A stretch of DNA of 64,000 nt from contig NGBS01000293.1 of the NCBI GenBank assembly GCA_002245135.1, positions 434,001 to 498,000 on the forward strand, written 5' to 3'. The stretch is from Proteromonas lacertae (taxonomy: Eukaryota). Each line of letters starts with the position of its first letter. Positions within the stretch are counted from its first letter, which is position 1. The position numbers were made by a program, and so were the translations under genes. Shown one piece after another: positions 36,616 through 50,268 of the stretch. The notes under the pieces are model-generated. The model searched no databases, was not told where the DNA came from, and saw nothing but the letters and a program-made list of their open reading frames with translations.

Positions 36616-38742
36616 TTAATCTTGATGAGAAACTGATAATAGTTCAATTGAAGTGTTTTCACCATATAATGCAGCATAAGGATATAATGGAGAAGGTAAA
36701 TCTTTAACAAGTAAAACAGGAGATGAATTATTATGACTTATCCAAAATTCTCTTTTATTCATATCAACTATCACTTCATAAATTGAACCATCTCTATGAT
36801 TATTGAAATTTGGATTTTTATTAACAACTCTTCCAATATGACAAAATCTATTAATATCTATACTTTTACCATTATATGCAACATATATACATACTGTTGA
36901 TTGATAATAAATATTATTACCAGAATATGTATTATTAGTTGATAATCCTAACATTAAATCATCACTATCTTCATATCCATTTTGATAATATTTATAATTG
37001 ATATGATAAACTCCATTTTCCATTTTCAAATTCAAATAACAATGATAATAACCATAACGTGTATTTGTTATTATTTTTCCATTATTTGATATTGATATTC
37101 CATAACTTTTGTTTAATTTTGTGAATTTAATCTGAAATTCTAATGATATCTTGAATTTCTTTTCGCTTTGATTATTCTTACATATTATTTCATATTCTCT
37201 CTTTTCGATTACTCTATTCACTTTTCCATGAATTATTCCATTTTCTTTATCTATCATTATTCCATCAGGTAAGGAAGGATTGATTGAAAATTCACATCGA
37301 TTTCCATCAAATAAAGGGATTATTGATATTTCTTCATAAATAGCAAATGAATATTCTGATTGAGGATATGAAAATGATGTGATTTCTTTTGTTTTTAATT
37401 CACTCAATAATTCTTTATCTTTCATTATTTCTATCATTTCTTCTTCTTCTTCTAAACTCAGTTTATTCTCTTTTATATATTCTATTAATAATTCTTTAGA
37501 TTTGGAGTTTAAATAATTATCTTCATTCAATATTCTAAAAAGAATCTCTTTTCCACATACTTCTTCTATTATTGAAATATTCTTTTTATCATCAACAAAC
37601 AAACATAAACATTTCATTGTTCGATTTCTTTTATTCTCATTATATTCCATACATAATCTATCCAATAGATTTCTCTTTTCTATATTTGAGATATATTCTA
37701 TTTAAATATATTTTTAGTATTTATACTTTCCATTTTCATATTTTTATATTTCATTATCATCAATACTATTTCTGTTATTTTTATATTATTCATTTCTAAT
37801 ATACACATTATTTCATCATTCAATTCTTCTTCTTTCATTCTATCCAATATTCCTCTTTCTTCTTCTTTAAAGTCTTCTTCTTTATTATCTTCATTGTAAT
37901 TGTTGATTATTACATTTTGAATTCTATCATCTTTTATTAAATATATTTCTATATGATTTTTACATTCATTTTTCTTTAATTCTATTTTCATTTCTTTCAA
38001 CATTTCTTTATTCTCTTTTTCTATCTCTTTCTCTTTTATCTTTTCTACATCGATATCTTCTTCTATCAATTGCTTGAAATCATCTTCTATCTCTTTATTA
38101 TTATCTTTCTTATTCTTTTGGAATTTGTACCATTCCAATAAACGATTTAATAACCATAACTCATTCACGATTATCACATCTCTCATATTTAATATCTCTC
38201 TCAAATTATTCATTTCTAATCTCAACAAATATTCATTCTTATATAAATATTTATATCCTCGCTTTTCTATTTCCATATTTTTCAAGTCTTCTATCTCTCT
38301 CAAACATCCACCAAATACATTACACATATGAATTAATTTCATTAATACTTCATCATCTATATTATTCTTCATAAATTCATAACAATCATTTATTATCTCT
38401 TTTTCACTATAACATAAACAAAACATCAACACTTCACACACACTCTCTTTACAGATTATTAATTCACCACCACTGTAGTATTTCTCCATCTCATAATAAC
38501 CAATTTCTTCGATTTCTTCATATAACTCCAAAACTCCAACAAACTCACGATCTAATAACAGTTTCTTTACAGTTTCATTTCCATTCACTAAAATTGACTT
38601 GATTGACATTATTCGATTATCTCTAATCTTCACTTCTATATCACCAAAACCACTTTCTACCAATTTTCGACATAATCTATCATAAAAATAAATACAAAAT
38701 ATACCCATCTTCTCTTATGCTTTTATTCACTTTTATTATCAT
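36616..38742 (-). CDS. BTB-BACK-Ig-SPRY family copy 3, intact (~689 aa, 2 introns); shared upstream sequence extends to ~39125
   Basis: Removing the 28-nt and 29-nt GT-AG introns gives one uninterrupted frame. It is near-identical to copy 2 outside the SPRY loops. Confidence 0.85.
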
Positions 38743-39395
38743 CTTTATGTAAATATACAACAAAAATAACGAAATTTGATTTTTATCAAAATTTTGAATA
38801 ACCCAAAACTTAAAATGTGATTTAATTCAATTGCAGAAGGTGTGATAAAGACAATAATATTATATTCTGATTTATTTATGCATAGTGCATATGATATGAT
38901 GATATAAATGATGAATGTTAAGTTTTAGTGTTAGTTTATGTTATTGATAATGAAATGTAATATAAACATGATATTAATGATATTTAATATTTGTTTATGG
39001 AATTGGATGTGTGTAGTAGATATAAGTGAGTAAAATTCAACAATTAGCTTGTAGTACAATATGTGTGAATGATGAGAATTATTAAATGAAGTAGAAGCAA
39101 TGTATAGAAGCAATTATATGAAAGTCTATTGTGAATGGTATTTTGATTTTTTTCTATAATCTTAAATTGTAATAATTTAAAGGATGTTATTCTATGTACA
39201 ATATGTATTACAAATAAATGGGATATTTAATTGATTAATAATTATTTCTTTAAATTAAATACTAAATACTTATCATTTATCAGCATTGAAGTGATAAATC
39301 AAAGACTATTCTTTTTATTTAATCAATCAAAAGCACATATTATCATTCATAATAAAAAAAACATTATATTAATATAATAATAGTATAACACTTAA

Positions 39396-40975
39396 TTAAT
39401 TATTATCACCACAAGCTTCTTCACTAGGTAATTCCCATTGAGTTTTATTCGTATATAAATTTAAATAATACTTATCACCTTGATCAGTATAACATCTTCT
39501 CCAACCAATTGGCACTATTTCATTACTATACAATTTATCCAAATATAAACCAGCTTGAGGATGAATCAAACTTACTTGTTTTGTTATTACATTCACATAA
39601 TGATAAGAACTTCCATTTGAACTAACTTCATATTTCCAACAACTAGGTATTTTATTTGGATCAATCAATAAAACTGGATTACTTATAGTTAATGATTTAT
39701 CTTTTGAATTTTTACTACAGTCATTACATATAACTATACTTATCGTTTTATCTTTTGTTTGAATTGATAAATTGCATGAACAGTTTTTACATATAGTTTT
39801 ACTACATAAGTGACAGATTCTTTTATCTTCTTTTGATTCTAATACTCGATTTGAACATACTGAATTCATACAGTGATCATTCATTATTATATTCACTTTA
39901 TCTTGAACTTCTAGAGAATAAGTAATACGATCATCGATTGCTTTTTGAACTAAATCCATCCATTGTAGTTTTTGAGATACATCCTTACACTGTAATAAGA
40001 TATTCTTTGTTGGAGTGTAAATAGAGAATGTGAATGAAATATAGGTGTCAGGAATATCTTTAATACAAGTATGTTCTATTACAATTTAAAAATATTAATA
40101 TAATAAAAGTTTATTTATTTATACTTAAATCATATGAATATAAATAACTCAATTTGGATGGCTCAACTTTATCATTCACTACATCTGCTAACATAAATAC
40201 ATCGTTAAATAATATTAGGGTTATTGGTTTGGTTGAATGTCTTGTCACTTCATTCAAGTCTATTACATCGATAAATTTTCGAGATGCTTTATTAGTAACA
40301 CGAGCGTCATTATCAAATCTTTCATACATTTCCATTAATTTTACTCTCTCAGACATATTCTCGACAGAATCATTACACTTTTTAGCTAATTCACATACTA
40401 TCACTAATGCATCTTCTAATTGTTTTAGAATATCTTTATCTTTTTCTGGATCTTTATATTGTTTTTTCAATTCTTGTAATAATAATCGATAACGAGGAAT
40501 TCTTTGAACTGGCATGATTAATAAACTTTCTAAATTATATCCACCACATTCTTTGTTTTCAGCTGCTGTATTGAAAATGTTTTTAATTCTCTTTCTGCTA
40601 GACTTTGTAACACTTTTAACGAAGTTGAGAAGTTTTGAAGGTAAGGTTGGTATAATTTGAATAGTTGTACATGTTTCATCAGCGCATTTATTATACGATC
40701 TTGCTTCACTTTCAAATCTTCATCACCATTTCCTGCTTCCATCTCAGCAAGCATTTTATCGTGAATACCTAATATCGACTCAAATGAATGTAGAAATGAA
40801 AGAGTATCTTTATTGATATTTTGAATCTTCGTTATATACTTTTGAAGTAACGGAATTACATAAACTTCATGAACAACTCTATAGTATAAAAATGTATACC
40901 ATACTTTAAAAATTTACAGTATGTCCTTTCAGTAGTAAGAATTTCATCAACAACATAGTTTTCTTTGCCAGGCAT
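39396..40975 (-). CDS. RhoGEF with DH-PH, FYVE-like Cys cluster and two WW domains; 2 introns and a 1-nt frameshift at ~40585
   Basis: VVDEILTTERTY, LESLLIMPVQRIPRYRLLL, LILFND, CHLCSKTICKNC and PIGWRRCYTDQGDKYYLNLYTNKTQWELP. Confidence 0.9.
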
Positions 40976-41113
40976 TTTCACTTTTTAAATTGAAGTTAGA
41001 TTTTTTCTCAAGCCTGATCAACAAACACTAATCAAGCCAAATCGAAACTTTTAAAGTTATTTTTGATTAGATTAACATAAAAATAAGAAATTAATTCAAC
41101 AAAAATTGTATAG

Positions 41114-42245
41114 ATGAATAAAAGAGGACATAATTTGAGAGAAATAACAGATGAAAAGAAAGAAAGAATGAATACTTCTCAATAAGTGTATATTTATGTT
41201 TATATTAGTATATATATATATAGAAAACAGCTAGTTATATGAAAAATTTGATATATGATTTGGATGATATTCACTGTAGAGGAGTAATTCACAAAAGTAT
41301 AACTCTAGAGAATATAATAGAAAAAGAAGAAATATTAAAAATAAAAGTATTAGAAGAATCAGATAATAATAATGATAAAATAAATAGTAATGAACATTGT
41401 TGTGAATGTAGTGATATATTTGACTTAGGTTGTATCTTATATGAAATATACACATTGAAACGATTATTTGATGATGATGATAGAGACAGAATAGTTAATG
41501 ATGATTATAAGAAGATATTTAAAATGGATGATTTCAATAGATTTGGTGGTATAGAATGTTTATTAGAAAGAATGCTTGAAAAGAGAATTGATATAGAAGG
41601 GATTAAATATGCAATTGCAGCAATTGAAGAAGGTATTAAGAGTTTATCATTTCGAGTTCAAGGTACATATAACTGTAAACCATATCAATATGGCAAAGAG
41701 GAGGAAAACATCGAGAACCGATTTGGTTAACTAAAATTAATATTCCTAATCGTCCTCCTGAAGTTAATAAGTTGTATTATGAATGCCCAAATGAAGGAAA
41801 TCGTTTATTGTCAGTGAATATGCGCCCAACGTATATGAATTATACAGGAGTAATAGAAATGCCTGAATATATAAATAGTATAGATGAAGAATTTGTAAAA
41901 GAATGTGAAAATGGAAATTGGTGGTGGGATAAGAAGAAAGGATATGAATATGTTCCTGTTTATCAATTAGATGGAAATTGTTCTTCCCGATTTGTATTTC
42001 GAATATGTGTTCCAATTGAAGATACTTATAAAAGTATAATAAAGAATCTATATTATGATCGAAGCGAAGAAGGTGGTATATTATTTTCGATAAATGTTGA
42101 ACTATCACTCACAGAAATAATAGAAATCAAAAATGAATTAATGAAAATAGATAGTGAAGAATGTAAAGATAAAATAAGAATAGCAGATGGTAATGAAGGA
42201 AAAGATATAAAAGAAATCAATGAAGATTATTTAAATAAAATATGA
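41114..42245 (+). CDS. Degenerate kinase C-lobe fused to an unknown domain (frameshifted; pseudokinase or pseudogene)
   Basis: IHCRGVIHKSITLENII is a degenerate catalytic loop and SDIFDLGCILYEIYTLKRLF is kinase subdomain IX. ORF 41772-42245 joins through a frameshift near 41688. Confidence 0.55.
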
Positions 42246-42434
42246 AAGTATGGTTGGTGGTTAGAATAAATAATTGTTTTGTCTGTTCTTTATAAATATT
42301 ATGATTTTGTTATTGTTTTTGATAATTGTTGAAGTATGAATGTCCTTAAAAAGTAGATATGAAAGTTTAATAAAGATTTTTTTGAATATTGTTCAAGCCA
42401 AAACTTGAACCATAAATTTGAATTTACTTCGAGT

Positions 42435-45400
42435 ATGAATCCAATGGAATGTATTAGAATGATTGAAACATCTGAACTGAATGTTGAAAATACAACAAAA
42501 CTGTCAAATCAAATGAAAGTCTCCATTCGATCCCTTTTTTCGACTCCATTTAGAATTGAGAGTTTTAATGAAGTAATTCGATTTAACAAAATCGATATAT
42601 TGCTTATATCCTTTTTTAATGAATAATAATGTAAAGAAATTTCGAAAGACTTAATTTAAAACCGATGTATAATGATATATATTGAAAAAGATAATGACGA
42701 AGAACTAATGTCCTATTTGCCAAACATATATATATTATTTCGTCTTGGATCTATGAAAGAGAAGATCTTAGAATTTTCTCCTAATATAAGAGAATCCTTT
42801 CTTCATATATCTGAAATCTTAGAATACTTTACACTGTCTCTCCGTTTTATATCCTATTTAGATTCAGATATTCTATTACACCATCCAACAGACTATGAAT
42901 TAACAATAATAACCAATTGTTTAGATTTTATAGTAAATCGTGAAATAACTGCAGAATCTGAAATAGTTTTACACTATTTGAGTAATGTGATTCAAGGTAA
43001 TGCAGCATACAGTTTACATATCAAAAGAACAAATAAACTATACCGAAAATTCATAAAGAAACTAACAACGTTATTAAATAATATAGAATATGCAGGTGTA
43101 ATTTATTGTATATCAATTTTATTGAGATTGACATTTAATGATGATTTTGGAAAGATTTTATTTACTGATACGAATATAATTCAATGTATTATATTATCAT
43201 TTAATATTCTTCTACAAAGAAGCCAATATGTTGATATTGATAGTTATAGTATGAGTGATATTGGAAAAGAATGTTTATCAATATTTCAATATTTGATCGA
43301 ATATAGTAAAGTTGATTATATATTGACAAAAAAGATTGATTTTTTGAGTTATTGTAACATACTGAATGGGTTATTGAATGATAACACAATAGATATAAAT
43401 ATAACCATCAATTTAATTAATTTTATAAGATTATTTTGGGAAATGAATGAAAAATATCAAACAATATTAATATCTCATTTTATACACAAGAATGGAATGA
43501 ATAGTTTAATGAATTTGATATATAATTCTAACATAATAATAAGTTCAGAAACAACGAGATTGTTATTATTAATGATAAGTAGTAATAATGATATATATAA
43601 TTCAGTAGTTAATAAATATTTTCGTATATTATCATATTTTATTATATATATATGTTATTATTATACTTGTATAGAATCCACATCTTCATTTGTTTCTTCT
43701 TCTACTTCATCAGTAACACTACCACCACCACCACAACAACAATCATCTTTAATATTGAATAAACTGGTAGAAATACTACAAACAGTATAATTATGATAAT
43801 TCTGTATATATAATAATTGTAGTGTCAATATAATAAACAAGATGCTAGTGAGATAAATATTGAATATATAAGTTCATATATCGAGTTATATACATTTTTA
43901 ATAAAGAAGAAATTACCTTCTATTCGAGAGATATTAACAGATACATTAATACATTATATAGAAACTAAATCTGTTCAACTAAAACACAATGTAATAACAA
44001 ATAATTATACATATAATTTACTCTATAAAGTATTATTAAATATTATCAAATTGTTATGTTATTTGGATGATATTTCAGGTAGTAAAAGAGTATGGTATTT
44101 ATTTGATTATAAGTCAATTGTTGATATATTGACAATGTGTTATTCACAATGTAAAAATGAAGAAATAATTCAACAGTTTATGGAGATAATCATATTATTA
44201 AATAACAGACCAGATATAAAGTCAAAATTTAATATATGCAATTTAATAGTTGAGAATAATAAGAAAGTGATGGAAATGGAAGAATATAAGAAGAAATATT
44301 TAGATGAAATGAAAGTTAAAGATCAAGAAATTTTAGTATATATTAAAAATAATAATAATTATTATTATTTTATCAATTAGAATTTACGAAATGAATATGA
44401 ACAACAAAAGACAAATATTCTATCAGAAATTCCAAATATGAATATGCAATATGAATCAAAAATAAATGAACTAAACACACAAATTCACAACTTAACAATT
44501 CAACACAATGAGGAGATAAATAAATATATTGGAATATGTGAATCTAAAGATTTAGAATTGCAATACAGTAGAAAATCAGTATAAATATAATATATATATA
44601 TTGTTTATATTATTTAATGATGATGATTAGATTGATGAATTAAATGGAAAAATCCAAAAATTTCAAGTAAAAATCCAAGCTTTAAATCAAGATGTTTTTT
44701 CCATTAAAAGTGAGAATAACAAATTAGCTCAACAAATATCAATAGAAAAATCAAAATCAAAAGATTATACTCAGAAAGATAGTGAATATAATCAAGTTAT
44801 AATGAATTTAAATAGAACAATTAATCAACAAATAATGGAGATTGAAACACTACAAAAGCAGTGTAGACAATATGAAAATGATATTGGAATATTGAAAAAT
44901 GATTTAGAAATACATGTATTTATATTGTATTATATAATGTAAATAGAATAATATGATCAATGAAGTTCAATTACACTATAACCAAATACAAAATGAAAAG
45001 AATGATATTACATCCAAATTGATTCTTGTATGTAAATCATACAAAATAATTGAATCTGAAAAAAATGAAAAAGAAAATGAAATTTCTGTTTTGTCTTCTG
45101 AGTTGAAAGATGTAAGAAATAAAATCGATGAATGTCAATCAACGATAGATCACTTGGAAAATTCAATTAAACAATATAATCAATCACAAGAACAGGTTCA
45201 AAATGAGATAAATAATTACAAATCAGAGATTGTTGAAAAGGAGAATCAAATAACTGAAATAGCTTATAAATATCAGGAATTATCCAAACAATATTCTACT
45301 CAAGTTAGTAATAACCAATACTTAAAAAATGATAATGACTTATTGAAACAGAAAATAAATGAATTAGCTCAACAAGTTGAAATTAAAGCAAATGAGATGA

Positions 45401-45450
45401 AAAAGTATAAAAGTATTGTTGATTCTATTCGTGAGATTAGTTCTAAATGA
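42435..45450 (+). CDS. CIP2A: CIP2A-like protein (ARM-repeat N-terminus, coiled-coil C-terminus); one AT-AC intron and about 6 U2 introns
   Basis: LSNVIQGN....LHIK....RKFIKKLTTLL and CISILLRLTFNDDFGKILFTDTNIIQCIILSFNILL resemble the CIP2A core as I recall it. A long C-terminal coiled coil follows. Confidence 0.75.
42606..42662 (+). other. U12-type AT-AC intron, 57 nt
   Basis: Perfect ATATCCTTT 5' site, GACTTAAT branch-like motif and AC end. Removal fuses ORF 42405 to ORF 42672 in frame (DILL|RCIMIY) and deletes in-frame stops. Confidence 0.92.
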
Positions 45451-45571
45451 AATAATTATGATTATTGATTTTATATTTTGTATTGTGTTTTTGTTAAATG
45501 AAAAAATAATAAAAAAGAAAAATTTACACAAGCCTGAAAGTTTGATATTCTATTTTGAATTTTTTCTTTTA

Positions 45572-46329
45572 ATGTCAGAAAGACGGGAAGAAAGTGATAA
45601 TTCTCAAGTTGAAGAGGAGTATTTGAATATATATGTGTTTATATATTTTTTTATCATAGACGTTTGTTACTTCCATCTGATTTTACCATTGAAAGCCATG
45701 AAGAAGAATCTAACGAAGTATCATCTTTATTTATTTAACATTAGGAACATTTTATATATTTGAATGAAATACCAACATCGCCTGTGATTGATTTACCCAA
45801 ATCATCTCCTGAATATTGGGATGAATATTCAGATGCTCTAAATGATGATACATTTGGAGTGCCATCACTATCAGACTTTAATGATGGGCAATTCTTAGAT
45901 TTGAAATTTGATGAAATCAATTATGATTTACCAACTGTGGAATCACCCTATATAGAATCTCCATTGTCATACACAATAAGAGAAGAGGAAGAAAACTCTG
46001 ATATTCTATTACCATTACTACAAGATGATTTTCCTTTACCATACTTAAGTTATGTTGAAGATAATGATAATAATATAAATGGATTAGAATATATTGATTA
46101 TTATGAAGGTGCTTATGAAGATTTAGAGCCTGTATCACCTGAATGTAATAACGAAAATGATGATAACAATGATGTTGATGATTTAAACGATTTTTTATAT
46201 AGAATGAGCATATCATCAAATCATAATCAGAATGAAAGTGACAGTGATAATGATAGTGATAATGAAAATGGATTAATGGATTCTTCAGAATTAGATAATG
46301 TGAATTTTGATGATTATGCAGAAAATTAA
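45572..46329 (+). CDS. Highly acidic low-complexity protein, 2 introns
   Basis: ATG at 45572 with GT-AG introns near 45619 and 45718. The product is D/E/N/S-rich and contains DALNDDTFG. Confidence 0.65.
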
Positions 46330-46450
46330 TTTAAATTTTTATATAATTCATTACGTTTAACATATATACTATATCATTTCTTTATAACATAACAAAAAAC
46401 ATTAATAATAAAAGAAATTATTAATTAAGAGACTATATTTAATGATTAAA

Positions 46451-47721
46451 TTAGAAATGACCACGACTATTAGCAGGTGGTAGTTTTAATGATCTATTTC
46501 CAGGAGTTCCATTGGCTGTCTGTGTTCTACTTTTAGCTGCGACCAAATATTCATATACATCCTTACCTACTAACTGTTGTAATTGATTATCTTCACCATC
46601 ATCATCATCTACACCAGCTGTTGATGGTTTAGAGTTAGCAGTTGTATTATTTACATATTTACCACATAGTTCATCATAAATCAAACCTACAACCAAATCA
46701 TTGGACAAAAATTTATTAATTATATTTTGACTCTCATTTATTCCATTAGTACTATCGTCAAATGTTGGTGATGAAACTGATGAATCAGCACTAGAAGGTG
46801 GGGGTAAAGTACTTCTTACATCATTCACACATTCCATAAATAACATACCTAACTGTGAAGGTGGAGCTGGTGGAGGTGGTACTTGTGATTGAATATTATT
46901 ATGTGGAGGCATTGGTGATATTTCTGGCATTCTATATTTCGAATCTGGTGATCCTAAAAACTTTTTCGATACCCCATAATGATGACCTGGTGGAGCAGTC
47001 ATTCGTCCATTCCTATCACTAATTGAATGTGCTACAGCATAGACAGGTGAACCAACGGCATGCTTGTTGCTAATTGGTGAATAATCTCCTGAACTATCGC
47101 CTAAAGTGGATGAATTACGTGTACGTTCATAATCACCTTCTTCTTCATTCAATCCATCTGGTAATTTAGCTCCTTTACCTAATTTTAACTCTAATTCGGC
47201 TCTTAATAGTTTATTGTTCTTCTTTGATAATTTCAATTGCTTTTCTAACCAATTTCTATCTTCTTCTATACTATCTAATTTGTCTTGTAAATATTTTAAT
47301 TTCTTCCTCATTCCTTGTGATATTTTATCTAAACGCAATGCTTCACTTCTAAACCAATCTCTTGCTTCTTCTAATTTTCTTATTTTGTGATTCTTTTTTA
47401 ATTCTAATTCGTTTGCTTTCACTTTGTCTCTTAGCTGTTGTAGTTCTTTCTGTACATTGAACATATGAGCACGATAAGCTTGTAAGAAATCATGCTCTTG
47501 TTTATTAAGAACAACTGCTATTTTCTCTGATAATTCTGCTACAACACCGGTAAGTTGACCATATAAATTTAGTACATTTCTAACACTTGAAGGTATTTGA
47601 GCATTTTGGCTTTGATCATTTTCTCTCAAAGCAGTGACAAAAGTATCCTCTCTATATAGATCAAGATCATTAACCTATTTCAGAATAGATAAATATAATT
47701 TAATACGGAAGATGGCTCCAT
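46451..47721 (-). CDS. Coiled-coil protein with Pro/Ser-rich tail, 1 intron
   Basis: First exon MEPSS, a 32-nt intron, then the 392-aa ORF frame with a heptad-rich region (EHDFLQAYRAHM...RDWFRSEALRL). Confidence 0.8.
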
Positions 47722-47821
47722 TAACGTCAATAAATTAAAAAATTAAAAAAATAAAACGATCTTACTCAAGTCAAGTCGAGTCAAACAAAAACAAATTTTT
47801 TGCATTTTTCTCAAATCCAGA

Positions 47822-48049
47822 ATGCCAGAGATTGAAACCAACCCAGTGTCTGAATTTATGTCAGATAGTATCAGATTCATTAGAAAATGCTCTAAGCCAG
47901 ATTATAAAGGTATAGCTTTACTAGTTTTACTTCTAGAATTTATGAAGATTGGAACTGCTACAGCTGTTGGATTTTTAGTAATGGGATTTATTGGATTTTT
48001 CATTAAACTAATTCACATCCCAATAAATAATATCTTGCTTGGACATTAA
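47822..48049 (+). CDS. SEC61G: Sec61 gamma subunit, with a 27-nt intron at 47910-47936
   Basis: [47 protein letters not shown]. Confidence 0.97.
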   Translation: MPEIETNPVSEFMSDSIRFIRKCSKPDYKGIALLVLLLEFMKIGTATAVGFLVMGFIGFFIKLIHIPINNILLGH

Positions 48050-48131
48050 TTTCTTTCCAAATTTTATGCTATTTTAGTTATTGTATTGGGATAAACAGTC
48101 AAAATACAACCAAAACAGTCAAAATACACAA

Positions 48132-48729
48132 CTATACACTGAAAATTTTACTTTTTATAGATTGAGGTACTTGCAACACTGATTCACCTACTACAGCCTT
48201 TTCTCCATTCTATATATACGAAATAACTACTAGATAATCATATACACAAACTATTTGTGTTTCACAAAAAACAAAACGTCTTGGAGCTAATCTCTTTACA
48301 GTAATGGTTGATATTAAACTGTCATTGGCATGAACTGATTTTATATACTTTGCTTTTTGACTTGCATAAACACAACCAGGAATCTATATAGAAAAACAAT
48401 AAACACAAAAATTGTACTCTATTTGTGAAAATTGTAGGGAAAATAGATGATAGCAGAATTGCTGGAACTATAGAACTATCTGTTCTATGTAAGAGATTTA
48501 CATCTCCCGTTATTTTACAAAATTCATTTATATCGTCTTGTGAATAGGAATGCTTAGCTATAATATTATCTCCAAGTTTCAATAAATATGGTATTCCTTC
48601 AATATACTATAAAACGTTAATTTACGATTTGAATACTTTTGGAAAAGATCCACTAATGTCAAATGAGTAAAATCGTTTTGTTATTACAATGACATGCTTT
48701 GTCAATCGAGAGAAATTGCAGTTTATCAT
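48132..48729 (-). CDS. MaoC/hot-dog-fold dehydratase with a probable mitochondrial-type presequence, 3 introns
   Basis: YSQDDINEFCKITGDVNLLH, IVPAILLSS and PGCVYASQ. The N-terminus MINCNFSRLTKHVIVITKRFYS looks like a targeting peptide. Confidence 0.8.
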
Positions 48730-48764
48730 ATTTATTGTCAAGCCATATGTTTGTTCATAATAGA

Positions 48765-49998
48765 ATGACATCTAAACCATATTTTTCATACAAAGTAGAA
48801 GGAAGTGATAAAAACACATTTAAAGGATTTAGTATAACAATTGGTCCAAATGCTACTGTTAAAATTGCTCATGAAAAGATAGCTGATAGATTAGGTGTTG
48901 CTTATGATGATTTTGAAATAATAATAGGTAATATATATATATAAGTTTATATGATTATAGATAACCAAATAGCTGTTGACAATTCTTATTTAACAGAGAT
49001 TAATCCAAAAAAGAGTAAATTAATAGTACATTTTGAAGATGATAAAATTATTTCTGAGGATGAGAAAATGTTTTCAATAGTTATTGTAGAATTACAAATA
49101 CCAAAGGATAAAAGTGAATCAGATTTGAAAGATGTACTTAATGAAGCATTTAGTCAGTTTGGAAAGATACAAAAAATGATATTACAAAAGAATGGTGATG
49201 ATGAATATGATGCAGTAGTAGTTTATGATAATTATCTATCTGTTGAAAAAGCTCGATTATATCCATATAATATTTTAGATAAAGAAGTTGTTATATTAAG
49301 AGCAAGTGATATAGACACAACTAGTGTAGTAAAAGAAGATAGTAATTTAGCTGTTGATGCTATGTGTTTAGGAATTGAGGCATGTTCAACAATTAAAAAA
49401 TATGATGGAAGTATATATTATATGTTATTTATTTGTATAGAATATTTTAATCTAATAAGTAAGGCTGGTTGTGTATTAGAAAAAGTTGGAGATGTTGGTA
49501 TGAAAGCAGGTAACGCAGTATCAACTTGGACAATATCAAATACCGTAATTAATTCAAAACCAGTTAAAGCAATAAATGATATCTTTTCAACACCAGTTAA
49601 AGTTATTAATACTGCTTTATCTGCTATAGGGGTATGCTGATTATTGTTATTATTATTATTTATAGGATGTAACAATGAATACTTATGAAAAAGCAGCAAA
49701 TAAATATGAAAAACAACAGAAAATGAAAGAAGAAAAACAGATTAAGAAAGAATTAGATGAAAAGTACGAAAGTAATAATAATACGATTGAAGAAGTGAAA
49801 GAAATAACGAGTGATTATAAGAATGAAGATAAAGTACAGATAAAGAAAGAAGATGACAGTAAAATCGAAGAATCGAAAGAAATAGTCAGAGATTCTGGTA
49901 AACAAGAACAAAACAGAGAAACTGAAGCAGTTGAAGTTAGGCAAGAGTCAAAGACTGAAATGAAATATGATCATGAAGAAGAAAAGAAGGAAGGATAA
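48765..49998 (+). CDS. Protein with a ubiquitin-like N-terminus, an RRM-like domain and a charged tail, 3 introns
   Basis: ITIGPNATVKIAHEKIADRLGV is Ubl-like. LNEAFSQFGKI...AVVVYDNYLSVEKA is RRM-like. Confidence 0.6.
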
Positions 49999-50268
49999 TA
50001 TAATAATTATGCATATATAATAGATTACATAATTTAAGACATTTTATTTTGATTGTTAATGGATTAGAAAGAATTATCACACTAAATAGAATTTGTTTCA
50101 ATTTATAATACATCTCAAATCATTAACATTTACAATTTGCATGGCTATTCTAGGAGATTGAAAAAAGTAATTATAAATTTTTTCATTCTTTCATAAAATT
50201 AGTATACTTATCCTATTTAATTCTGCCTCACATTTCATTTTTTGAATTGTGTTTCATTTTTTATGAGT

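Noticed and set aside
47643..47683. GTATCCT U12-like donor on the plus strand
   Set aside because: It lies antisense within the coding exon of the minus-strand gene.
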